From: Lingula anatina
Lineage: Eukaryota > Animalia > Brachiopoda
Assembly (NCBI GenBank): GCA_051362555.1
Contig: CM120641.1
Location: 18,290,001 to 18,354,000, forward strand
Direction of reading: 5' to 3'
DNA length: 64,000 bases
A program made the translations under genes and the position numbers. Positions within the stretch are counted from its first letter, which is position 1. Every line of letters starts with the position of its first letter. Positions 14,501 through 26,131 of the stretch are shown in pieces. The notes beneath the pieces are model-generated. The model was not told the DNA's origin. It did not search any database and saw only the letters and a list, made by a program, of their open reading frames with translations.

Positions 14501-17500
14501 TTCCAGAGACTCTCCCATATCAATGAATCAGTCCAAAACACAGCTTATCAATAATAATGTAGGGGAAAGGTAATGCATAACATATATTTAAAACATTTTT
14601 ATAACATATCAAAATTAACTTATTTTGTTTAAAGAGCATTTTATTGGAGAAATTGTGGTTTTAGGGTAAAATACTTAAATCGGTCATAAAAATGCTTTGT
14701 TCAGTTTTTTATTTAATGCTGCTAAAGCTAAAATCCCATTATAATTACAGTTTGTAGCAAGAAATTTTAGATTAATTTAGATTTGTGTTGTTTGCTGCCA
14801 TAGCAATTTTGGAATTGATTTAAGACATTACTTCAGTGAATATTCTTTGCCATGCTTTAGTCTAGCAACACACCTACATCCAGGAAAAAATATTTAGTTG
14901 TGTTTTTGTTTCTATGTTTTCTAATGTAATCTGCGTGAGACTGCATCTTAAAATAAAGATAATCAACAGATTTTAGGTAATTACTTGAAATCAACTTGGT
15001 ATTAATATATGCTCTTCTTACCTGTTTCTCTGTTCTTTAATGTGTTTTTCATGAGACTGCATCTTAAGAATTGAGATAATCAGCACTTTTTTATGATTAC
15101 TATAAACTTACCAAGTTGAATTGTGTAAAACACACCTAAATCTTTTAAATCATTTGGAGACTGTCAAAATGTAAAGGTTAATAGCGTTTTTTTATTCAAA
15201 CTACACAACTTTGTAGAATATATATAAGTTGTTGTTTTTCACCAGTTTCTTTACGTGCGACCGATTTGGCAAAAGTGGAGTCAATGATTATGTATTAACC
15301 ATGCCAGCACCAGTTGTATCAGTTAAAATTTCCAAAGCATCAAGATTAATTTCTTCAATCAGATCTGCCTTCAGTAGTTGTCTTCATAGCTCACAGCATG
15401 GTTTTCTAACCCTTCACAGGTCTGGGAAGAAAAAACTGAATCCACTTTATGACCACTTAGAATCTGCAATGAAACAGAAAGAAGAAAATGAAGTGACAAG
15501 AAAAAAATGGCAGCGCAGTTTACATTGTACATGTCTTGCTGTTCTCATTGTGTGTGTGATAGCCTTGACCGCTCTGATCATTGCCATTCTTGCTACTGTG
15601 GCACCAGGAATGATAAGTAAGTTTCATTTTCCCCCTTTTAGCAAAGGGAATTTTAGGCAAAAGAAAATCATAGTGTAGCTAAAAAAATGTAAAATATTCC
15701 ACTGTTTTGCAAGATTTATTATTGATATGGTAAAGCATTTTGATTTGGCAAAGATAATATTAGTAATTTTCATCAGTAATAAAATATTTTGTGGTCACTT
15801 AAAGTCACCTACTGCTGCTCAGTAGTGCAATAATAAAGAAAACCCATAGGTAATGATAGTTCAAACTAAACATATATTACATTTTGTTGCAGTTCTTGTA
15901 TATTATTAAGGATGGTGCACCTTTAGATTGTACTTTTTGGAAAAGATGTATTTCATTTATATTTATTTTCCATGTTCAGGTGGAAGCAGTAATAACCAGG
16001 GTAAAGCAAGCCCCATTACAGGTGAACCTGTAAATACGACAAAGTCCCCAGAAGCCATTATGCTGCAGACAGCTATGGAAGCCATTAGAGAACTCCAAAG
16101 TAATCTGTCTGCCATGAAGGAGAAATATGAAAATTTGCAAAATAAGGTATTGTAAATATATTGCTTCACTTGGTTTGGCTAAGAAATTGAATTGAACTTG
16201 TATTCATTGATGGTATAAGTCAACATGGAAGTAGTTCATGATTTAATGCTAAAAATTGTTGATAAATTCCAACACAGAAGTAAGGGTTTTATCAGATATG
16301 TCAGTGGGAGACTAAAGAAAAATCAAGCGTCATTATCATATGGAATCTACTGCTATGAGTTACATGATAAAAGCTTATATCTGGAACCAAATGCTTTGAT
16401 ATCTGATCATTTTATTGAGAGGCAAACATTTAGTTTTAAGAAACTAATTTTTTACAATGAGATTGAAACAAGTAAGATGTATATATAGAATGAAATAATC
16501 CATCAGATTGTTTCTTTTGGAGGGATCAAAGTCTTAGAAATGTTTTTCCAAACTTACTGGGTACTTATATCTTGTAATTATTTGTGTTTCAGTATGATGT
16601 ATTGTCACAAATCTTGCAGTCTTCCCCTGGCGAGAACAATGTCAGTCTGACTGCCAAAGTAGCCAACAATAGAATATTTATACAGAGTCTTCAGGCAAAT
16701 GCATCTATACAGAATGGACTTATGGACAGTCTGCAAAATAAGGTAAGTTGATGAATAGTATTTTCAAGTCCCCCTTTCATATTTTATTCCATTAATGTTT
16801 CCAGTTTTGCTGAAGAATTAATTGGAACTATTAACCTTAAATTTTCTCATTGGTTGAAAAAGAAAGAAAATGCATCTAATATTTCAAGACTTCAGAATTT
16901 AGTCATTGGCAGTCCAAATCAATGCGGATTGAAAATATGTATGCATGTTGACTGTTTAATGTCAACTTTAGTGTTTGGCAAAATCTTTTCTTCTAAGTTA
17001 GAATGCCAGGTACATGGCATGGCTGTTTTTATGTACAGACACAGATGTGTCTGTACATATAGCCATCATCTGCATCTGTCGTCGCCGTCGCCGCTGTCGT
17101 CGCCGTCGTCGCCGTCGCCGTGCACTTTTACCGATAACACGATAAGTGGAAAACCATTTTACCTTTTGACTTGAAACTTGCAGAACTGATGAATATTCAT
17201 AATACGCAGGTCAAGTTCGAAAATCAGCATGATCGGGTCATGGGAATTTTTAGGGAATTTATGGTTTTTTTTTCACTTTTTTCAGCATATATGCAGCACC
17301 GATAACACAATAAGTGGAAAACCATTTTACCTTTTGACTTGAAACTTACAGAACTGATGAATATGCATAATACGCAGGTCAAGTTCGAAAATCAGCATGA
17401 TCAGGTCACTTTTAGGGAATTTATGCTGTTTTTTCACTTTTTTCAGCATATATGCAGCACCGATAACACGATAAGTGGAAAACCATTTTACCTTTTGCCT

Positions 17501-20500
17501 TGAAACTTACAGAACTGATGAGTATTCATAATACGCAGGTCAAGTTCGAAAATCAGCATGATCAGGTCACTTTTAGGGAATTTATGCTGTTTTTTCACTT
17601 TTTTCAGCATATATGCAGCACTGATAACACGATAAGTGGAAAACCATTTTACCTTTTGACTTGAAACTTACAGAACTAATGAATATTCATAATACGCAGG
17701 TCAAGTTCGAAAATCAGCATGATCGGGTCACTTTTAGGGAATTTTAGTGTTTTTTCACTTTTTTCAGCATATATGCAGCACCGATAACGCGATAAGTGGA
17801 AAACCATTTTACCTTTTGTCTTGAAACTTACAGAACTGATGAATATTCATAATACGCAGGTCAAGTTCGAAAATCAGCATGATTGGGTCACTTTTAGGAA
17901 ATTTATGCTGTTTTTTCACTATTTTCAATATAAATCCAACACTGATAACACAATATAAGAAAAACGGATTGGCCAATTGTAATTATACTCACAGGAGTGG
18001 TCAATCTTACTAAGACGCAGGTTGAGTTCAAAAATCAGCATAATCGAGCCATTATTTTAGAAGTTATACTGTTTTTTCACATTTCCTCAGATTCAATTAT
18101 TAGGCATGTTAACAGTCTCATTATTTAACTAATAAGATGCCTAAAAGTGTTTGTTTGATATTTCCTGTATCTTTACAACATTGTTAGTTGATTATGTAAA
18201 AAACATGGTAAACTTGTTATCATGTATTGTGTAATAAAGTGTCAAAAATGGAAATAAACTCATATCATTGCAGTTTGTCAGATTCAATCATCCACTATGT
18301 TCAGAATCTCAGAATGGAGGAAATTGGACATTTAACACTGTTCTATTGATATTTTTCACATCTCATCAATCTTCTTAGTTGATCTTATAAAAATGGCAGT
18401 AACCTATTAATTTTGTTTTATGTTAAAAAAGTGTTAAAAATGGAAATAAATCCATTTCAGAATAGTGCAGTCTTGTTTACATTTTGGCATTTTTAAGGTG
18501 TGACTTTGAAGTTCCATCGGCCTAAAAACCTTTGTTAGTCACGTTTACTATTTGTCCATGATACTAATATTTTATTATTAAAAATTGATGGTTATTATGC
18601 TGTTAAACATTATGTAATATTGCATCAAAATTTGAAAAAAACATATTTTGGGCACTGCTCCCAAGATGACCATTTAAGAAAAACCATGTCACTTACTGTT
18701 CTCAAACAGTACAGTTAGTATGTACAGATGTGTCTGTACATATTGCCATCACCTGCGTCTGTCGTCGCCGTCGTTGCCGTCACTGTCACTGTCGCCGGCG
18801 CCATGCACTTTCATTGTAAACACGATAAGTGGAAGGCAGTTTTACTTTTTGGCTGTATATTTACAGAGCTGATGAATATTCATAAAATGCAGGTCAAGTT
18901 TGAAAATGAGCATGATCGGGCCATTAATGTAGAAGTTATGCTGTTTTTTCACTTTTCAGCATATATGCAACACTGTAAACACATTTCAAGGAAAACCGAT
19001 AAGCTTTTTGTTATGAAACTCACAGGAGTAATCGATCTTACTATAACGCAGGTCAAATTCGAAAATCGGCATGATCGGGCCACTATTTTAGTAGTTATGC
19101 TTTTTTTTTCATTTTTCAGCATATATGCAACACTGTAAACACATTTCAAGGAAAACCGATAAGCTTTTTGTTATGAAACTCACAGGATTAATCGATCTTA
19201 CTATAACGCAGGTCAAGTTCGAAAATCGGCATGATCGGGCCACTATTTTAGTAGTTATGCTTTTTTTTTTTCACTTTTCAGCATATATGCAACACTGTAA
19301 ACACAATATAAGAAAAACAGATAGGCCAATTGTCATTAAACTCACAGGAGTGGTCATTCCTGCTAAAACGCAGGTTGAGTTAAAAAATCAGCATAATCGG
19401 GCCATTATTTTAAAGAAATGCAGTTTTTTCACATTTCCTCAGATTCAATTCTTAGGCATGTAAACAGTTTCATTATTGAACTAATAAGATACGTAAAAGT
19501 GTTTGTTTGGCATTTCCTGCAATTTTACAACATTATTAGTTGATTATGTAAAAATGATGGTAAACTTGTTATCGTGTATTGTGTAATAAAGTTTCAAAAA
19601 TGGAAATAAACTCATATCATTGCAGTTTGTCAGATTCAATCATTCACTATGTTCAGAATCTCAGAATGGAAGAGATTGGACATTTAACACTGCTCTGTTG
19701 ATATTTTTCCCATCTCATCAATTTTCTTAGTTGATCATATAAAAACGACAGAAAACTGTTAATTTTGTTTTATGTTAATAATTGTTAAAAATGGAAAAAA
19801 AAAAAAAATTTCAGAACAGTGCTGTCTCGTTTACATTTTGGCATTTTCAAGTTGTGACTTTGAAGTTCCATGGGCCTGAAGACCTTTGCTAGTCACATTT
19901 TCTGAATATCCATAATACTAATATTTTATTATTAAAATTGATGGTCATTATGCTGTTAAAAATTATGTAATATTGCATCAAAATTTGGAAAAAAACTATT
20001 TTGGGCACTGCTCCCATGATGACCATTTAAGAAAAACCATGTCATTTACTGTTCTCAAACTTACAGGAAAGAAACATGGGACTAAAATACAGCTTCAGTA
20101 GGAAATACAGTCTGTTTGGTAATTCTTACTGCCATTTAAACAGTTATTTTGTGAAAATTTAATTTTTCACTTATTGGCATTTTCAAGGTTTGACTTTGAA
20201 GTTCCACGGGCTTGAAGACCCATGCTAGTCACATTTTCTGAAAATCCATGATACGTATATTTTATTATTAAAAATTGACGGTCATTATGCTGATAACCAT
20301 TATGTAATATGGCATCAGAATAGAAGAAAACACAATTTTGGGTGCTGCTGCCATGATGACCATTATGGGAAAACCATGTTACTTATGATTGCCAAACTTT
20401 CAAAAAAGAAATACAGGACTAAAATGCAGTCTGAGTTGGAAAAGTAGTCTAAGTGACTTCTTTTTCTGGAAGTTATACATTTTCAAAGTGTAAACTTGTC

Positions 20501-23500
20501 ACATATTTTAATTACATTGGTATTACCTGTTGAGGATAATTAAAATTTGATGTTGAATTTGCAGTTCAACATAATGTATTTTTGCATCAGAATTGACAGT
20601 AGCCTATTTTGTGCACAGTTATTTCCTGTTTTTTGTCTGTACATTTGACAGCTTTGCTGCCTTGTTTAAATCATTTTAGGTACATTTACCAATTCACTTC
20701 TTTTTATTATATCCAGTGAGACATTTTGTTAGCAAATCTGAATTATTTTAATAATAATATTTTGAAAAAAGTAACTACTTATTTTATCTGGCTACTATTT
20801 CAAAATGAAAACATTAGCTAATGTAAAAAATATACCAAGGCTGAAGTTGATGAAGTGCTATTAACCTTTGCTAAAATTAGAAAAAAATAAACATTTTTGA
20901 GGCCTATTCTTGCTTAATCAACAAAATGATCAGTAAAAAAACTGGTCTAAGTACTTGATCTTGAACTTTTGCATCCAAAAATATAGACAGCGTCACTAGT
21001 TAAAGATCATTTGCAATCTTCTAGAGAAATGAACTATTATGATTAATCAATTAGAGGCCTAATTATCCTCTCCCCAGGTGCCAGTGTTTAGGGTTTGCTT
21101 GTTTGCACCAAGCTAGATAAGCCTTGAAAAGCCCAGAAAATGTCAAAAAGACATTACTGTCTTTCATGGGAGATGAATTTCTCTGTCATTTTTGGCTGCT
21201 CTCATGCTCAAGCTAGACAACGTAGATATATGGGGTTAATTGTATCTTAAGCAAACAAAGGCTGGCCTTTCTAATGTCTGAGATCATATTTTGATGTGTT
21301 CAGCAGATAGTCATGGCAATAGAAAATACTTATGATGTCAGCAAATGATATTTACCTGTGGGGTGCCACACCCAGTTACTCAGCCAATTACCCAATTAAG
21401 AGGATTTTATGTTAAATTACTATGTTTTCTTTCATATTTCAAACATCTTTATGTAGTGATGGAAAGATCAATTAACTATAGGTTCACTTCCAGTTCAGTT
21501 GTGATAACTAACTTAGGGAGCCTTCACATTCAGACACTGTACCAGCTAGACCAATCCAACTAGAGTTTCTAGCTTAAGTGCCGTCAATGTAACCAGCTGA
21601 ATTGTCTGAGATGCCCCTCGAGCAGCTAGGGGTATTTTCTTGAGCATGCACTAGCTACCTCGGCAGACGCCCTGATTTTCACAGGATGCTAGAAACTCAC
21701 GTCGCTACTAGATGCTTACCTCTAACATTTTTTTTATTGACAGAGGTATGCTGATAGTAGAAAGGTGAGTTACCATGGTCCTCTAAAACTCACATACTGA
21801 AAAAATGAAGAATACATTTTGTCTGTGAATCTCAATATAACATCCAGATATCAGATGTGTTTAATCTTTAAATTTTTCAGATAATTACCTTAGAAGCACA
21901 GAATAAGAATTCCACTTTAAGATTAAAGAGTTCAGAAGAGCTTGCAGTGAGACATTCAACAGAGGTTAGTGTTTAATCTTCATCTACACATATTCACCAT
22001 TTTTGTCAGAGAGAAAATATTAAAGTTGTCCTATCCAGAATTTTTCTACGAAATTGAATTTTCCTTGAAAAATATATGCCGTTTCCTCCTACAAAAGAAT
22101 CATTGCTCATCCCCTTCCCTGCATTCTGAATCAATGTTTTATACCACTTCTCATTGCATAATTTAGTTCTAAATGACTGGCAAGTCACTTAGACTGCCAT
22201 GTCTTCCTGTACATTTCAGTAAGAAATATGAACATCAAATACTTTTATTTGAAGGGGTTGTCATTTGTAAGGTCCAGTGAAAAATAGATTAAAAACAAAA
22301 ACAATTTCAATTTATCATCAGGGGGCTGACAAAAAAAAAAAAAAAAAAAAAAAAATGCTGTGTTTATTTTTAATATCATATTTTCCTTTGTTTATTTTAG
22401 ATAGCTCAGCTGGAAAGATCAAGTCAAACAAATTTCAGTGATGTATGGCAGCAGATTAACTCATTAACTGTGAAGATCTCTCAGACCAATGCCACTTCCC
22501 AAATGCAAGCATCTTCCCTAAACCAGGTTTTACTTGCCATGAACAGCAGCATATATGAGGAGTTAATGACAATCAGTAAGATGTCTGGTCCACAGGGACC
22601 CAGGGGATACAATGGCTCTCAGGTAAGGAATGGTCATTTTTTTTCAGACTATGGGTGGCACATGCCAAAGACCATCTGATATTATTCTAAACAGAGGAAG
22701 GGAAGGCAGGGAACAGGATTTTTTTAACTAATTCATTTTGCTTATATAACATGCAGGCAGATTTTTCCTTAAAAGGAAATGCTCTCCAAATTACTGTAAG
22801 CACCTTCTTTTCTTTGTAGTTTATACCCCTTTTCCTTTCTGTCTTCCAAACACTTAAATACATAGTAGTTCTTGTTATATTCACACCTGTACCCTTTGAT
22901 ATCAGTCTTTCTAAAAATCTGCCGAGTTCCAAGTATTATACATGTCAAACCATATTTTTATATTTAATCTCATTAACCGTATGTTTTGGAAGTTTTGTAG
23001 TTAGTTGTTTCATTTACATGCACACTGTTTTAATAATCACACCTGTCTGTTGATTTTAACAATGTCAGTGTAACTTATATATTTGGTGCATTTAACAGCT
23101 GGGAGTTAGCAAAAGAAAAAAAAAAAGGCTACTGACTTGGAGAAGAAGTTTATACATTCAATTAATTTTAGGGTCCCCCTGGGGTTGGTGATCTTTCAAC
23201 TTGTAAATATAGTGTAAAGACGAGCACCAGTGATGTTTCAACACCTAGCAATAGTGTGGCTCCATTCCCACTGGAAAATGATTTGATGGTGAGTTAATTT
23301 CAATTTTCTTTTCTTGAAAAAGCTGACATAACCTCTGTCTTTGCGATAACAATGTCTAATAACAGTGAACATAATCTCTTTATGACAACATGACATAAAA
23401 TACTGAAAGTCATTAGTCTAAAATGTTGACCTTATGAAAAAAAGGAACTATTGCCAATGGATTTATTTCAATTGCTAATTTATCTATTTTCCACTGAAAA

Positions 23501-23754
23501 GTGCAGTTTACCAATTATCTATGCTTTTTTCATTTAGTTGATCCATGAATTGGTAATACTGTTTGGATTTTTTTCAGGACTGGATTACAATGGGTGTTAC
23601 ATGCAGTGTAGAAAATGGTGAAACGTCCAATTTGTCCATTAGGGACCATGCTTCAGGGATGAAACAATATGTCTGCACATGCTCTGGACATGGTTCCTCT
23701 CCAAACCACAGAGTTTGTCGAACACACCTTTGGCAGTGTCCCAGAATATCCTAG
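5591..23754 (+). CDS. Multi-exon gene for a type II transmembrane protein with coiled-coil stalk, short collagen (Gly-X-Y) segment and C-terminal 6-Cys domain (scavenger-receptor-class-A / membrane-collagen-like architecture); ~525 aa (532 aa with microexon)
   Basis: Phase-compatible GT-AG exons: 5591-5714, 13631-13841, 14441-14569, 15420-15616, 15980-16146, 16593-16742, [21744-21764], 21881-21964, 22401-22622, 23172-23288, 23578-23754 (TAG). The joined frame is open. It shows a TM segment CLAVLIVCVIALTALIIAILATVA, a heptad-like stalk with many N-x-S/T sites, GPQGPRGYNGSQ|GPPG across a splice junction, and a C-terminus CKY...GVTCS...YVCTCSG...VCRTHLWQCPRIS. In-frame TGA (5573-5575) upstream of the 5591 ATG. 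Confidence 0.85.
7536..7584 (+). CDS. Candidate alternative first coding exon (MEYSYTPLSTTSEQSE-G) of the membrane collagen-like gene
   Basis: AAAATGG start context; ends at a consensus donor G|GTAAGT in phase 1, the phase required by exon 13631. Confidence 0.55.
17026..20666 (+). mobile_element. Non-autonomous Helentron/DINE-1 (HINE)-like element, bipartite, with internal ~160-bp tandem arrays
   Basis: 5' TTTTT-ATGTACAGACAC..GTGTCTGTACAT palindrome, (GTCGCC)n microsatellite, monomers at 17131/17299/17460/17621/17781/17942. Second head at ~18719 with 4 monomers. 3' end has subterminal IR TGTCTGTACAT, hairpin GACAGC-TTT-GCTGCC and TTGTT. No transposase ORF. Confidence 0.8.
21744..21764 (+). 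CDS. Candidate 21-nt in-frame microexon (RYADSRK)
   Basis: Preceded by CTAAC branch-like motif, T-tract and GACAG; followed by AAG|GTGAGT; phase 0/0 inside a phase-0 intron; no stop. Confidence 0.6.
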
Positions 23755-26131
23755 TTTTACTTTAAAAATTTTGTATGTGTATGCGTATGCTATTTTGTCT
23801 TAATGCAAAGTGGAAGGTTCCAAAAAGTGTCTAATAAGATTATTAGATGCACGCAATAAGTTTGAAGCTGTTTTAAGGGGTTCATTTCAACACTCAGTTT
23901 GATTTTAGCTCATGAAGAAGGATTCATAGTAAATCCGACATGGAGTGATTTTTTTATTAGCATTTATTTTGTTTTATATGCAATGCTACTTAACTGACCT
24001 GTATATAATGTATCATATTTTAATAAAAATGATGATTCCCATATCCAAGATTGCTCAAAATTGTAAATACTAGACCATGTAGACTTACACTTTACATGTG
24101 ATGGTGCATTTAATAATAATAATAATAATGTAAATAAAGAAAAAAAGTAGTCCTAATGTGTAGATCGCAGAGGACTAGATTTAGAAAGCTTTTAGATTGC
24201 TGGGCAGTCTAATCATTGATAATATATTTGTTTCATTACCAATAAAAGCTTTAAGAATGTAGACTGCTTACATGGACATGTAAACTAAAGATTTCTATGA
24301 AAAATGAACTTGGGTTACTTCCATGAGAGTTGAATCTTGGACAGTTGACTCCTTTGCCTTTGAATTTCAAGGCAATCTTTTCAAAAAATTAGATGGAGGC
24401 CTTTAAGGCAGTTACTTTATAGATTAGAGGAATGGTAACATAACACAAAGAACAGTGGTTACAATGACCAAACATTTTCACTTCATTTCAGAAGTTTTGT
24501 AATGCTGTATGAAATTTTAATCATAGCCATAATAAAGCTTATAAGCTCAGTATTATAGGTCTCTATCACTTTGTTTTTACTACCATCACATTAAACTCTG
24601 GATGTCATTTGGGGAAAACACTCTAGATATATTTTACTCAAACATTAAAAATGCTTTGCTGGCTTAAATTATTTTCCCTGTTGAATCTACACCAGTTCTG
24701 GGCCACCATTTCTGTTATGGTTTACAGTAGCATTTTAAAAACTTTTTGGTTTAGCGTAGATTACCATGCTAGCCCTTCAATGACGTCACTGCACAACTTA
24801 TATCACCTCTTGCGGGTTTTATCATAACTAAACAAATGAGACCAAGGGATTTATTATGCAATTTATTAACATATTGATTGATATTTTTTTCAATTACTGA
24901 TATTTAGGCAAATGATGTACCCAAAATAATAAAAAAATTAAAATTAATAAAAATAAGTGGTCAATTCAGCGTAACTTAAAAAGTACCTCCCAGCAGTGAA
25001 AATTTGCCGATTGACAGACAACCTCATATTACAATCAGTAAAACATCATCTACTTTTCTGTAGAATCGCTTCATATTTGTTATAATGGCAGTATTGGACG
25101 AGTGCATTTTAATATACAGTATATTGCACATAAAATAGTTAGATATAGTAAGTCAATTTAAATGTTTGTTTTATTTACGAAGATTTGCTGAGGTAAAAAA
25201 TCAAATTAAAAAACTGTCGCTCAGATTTATATTGATCATAAGCAACAGAGTACATATGCAAATAAAATTTGATGAGCACACTGTGGTCCAAAATGCTTAG
25301 AGGCACTGTGGATGGAAATAGAAGGCATCTCGTCAATGAGAGTAGGGATACTTTGCTTTCGCCAAAATGTTGTGATTTTGCCTTCTTTAACTGATACTCT
25401 ATTACTGTGTGCTATCTCATTTAAATGTTTTAATTGCTACATGTACTAGTACTTGCACATCAAAATGATCTAACTGTGAATTTATCTTCACTACATTTGA
25501 TAAAATATTTTAATTGTTTTAAAGTGTTGAGCGTTTACATGCTTATTTAGCTTTTAAAAAGATCTTTGGACCATCATCGGCCTCGTCATGCAATACAAAG
25601 GCACTGCTGATAGGGATGACCCTTCACTAAGAAACAACACGGCTGTTGAACTCCAAAGATGGAAGTACGTTGAGTTGATAAATAATTTAATAATTTTGGT
25701 ATATTGTTTCTTTTATACTCAGAGCAGTTATAATAATGTGTGCCCCTCCCTACAACCTGCATGGTTAGCATGAGATGTGATACGGTCAAATTCTTCGCAG
25801 TTATGTTGATATCTTAGATGATTTCAAAGCTGATTGCCCATGTCACACTATCACTAACAGTCAGCTAGTAAGCCTGTTGGCAGCCAATGCCTTTTAGAAA
25901 AGTTTCCCATGACACATAAACATAGGTGATGGTTTTCACAATGTGCACATTCTTGAAAAAGTAAGTAAATATAAGAAAAGCACAAATGCTTAAACATTTT
26001 ATAAGCTTTTTTTCTAAAAAACACCATTGACCTACACTCTAGGATTTAAACTCATTTAACAATTCTTTCAAAGATTTATAGATCTATCAGCTTCTTCCAG
26101 TTAAAATACGTAATTATGAAGTGCTGGTTCC

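Noticed and set aside
17131-18100. Regular repeat array considered as CRISPR-like
   Set aside because: Monomers are contiguous ~160-bp units with no unique spacers; eukaryotic context and no cas genes
18728-19463. ORFs of 136 and 112 aa, with a near-identical 143-aa ORF at 39834-40265
   Set aside because: They are translations of the microsatellite and tandem monomers of the HINE-like repeat; no protein motifs
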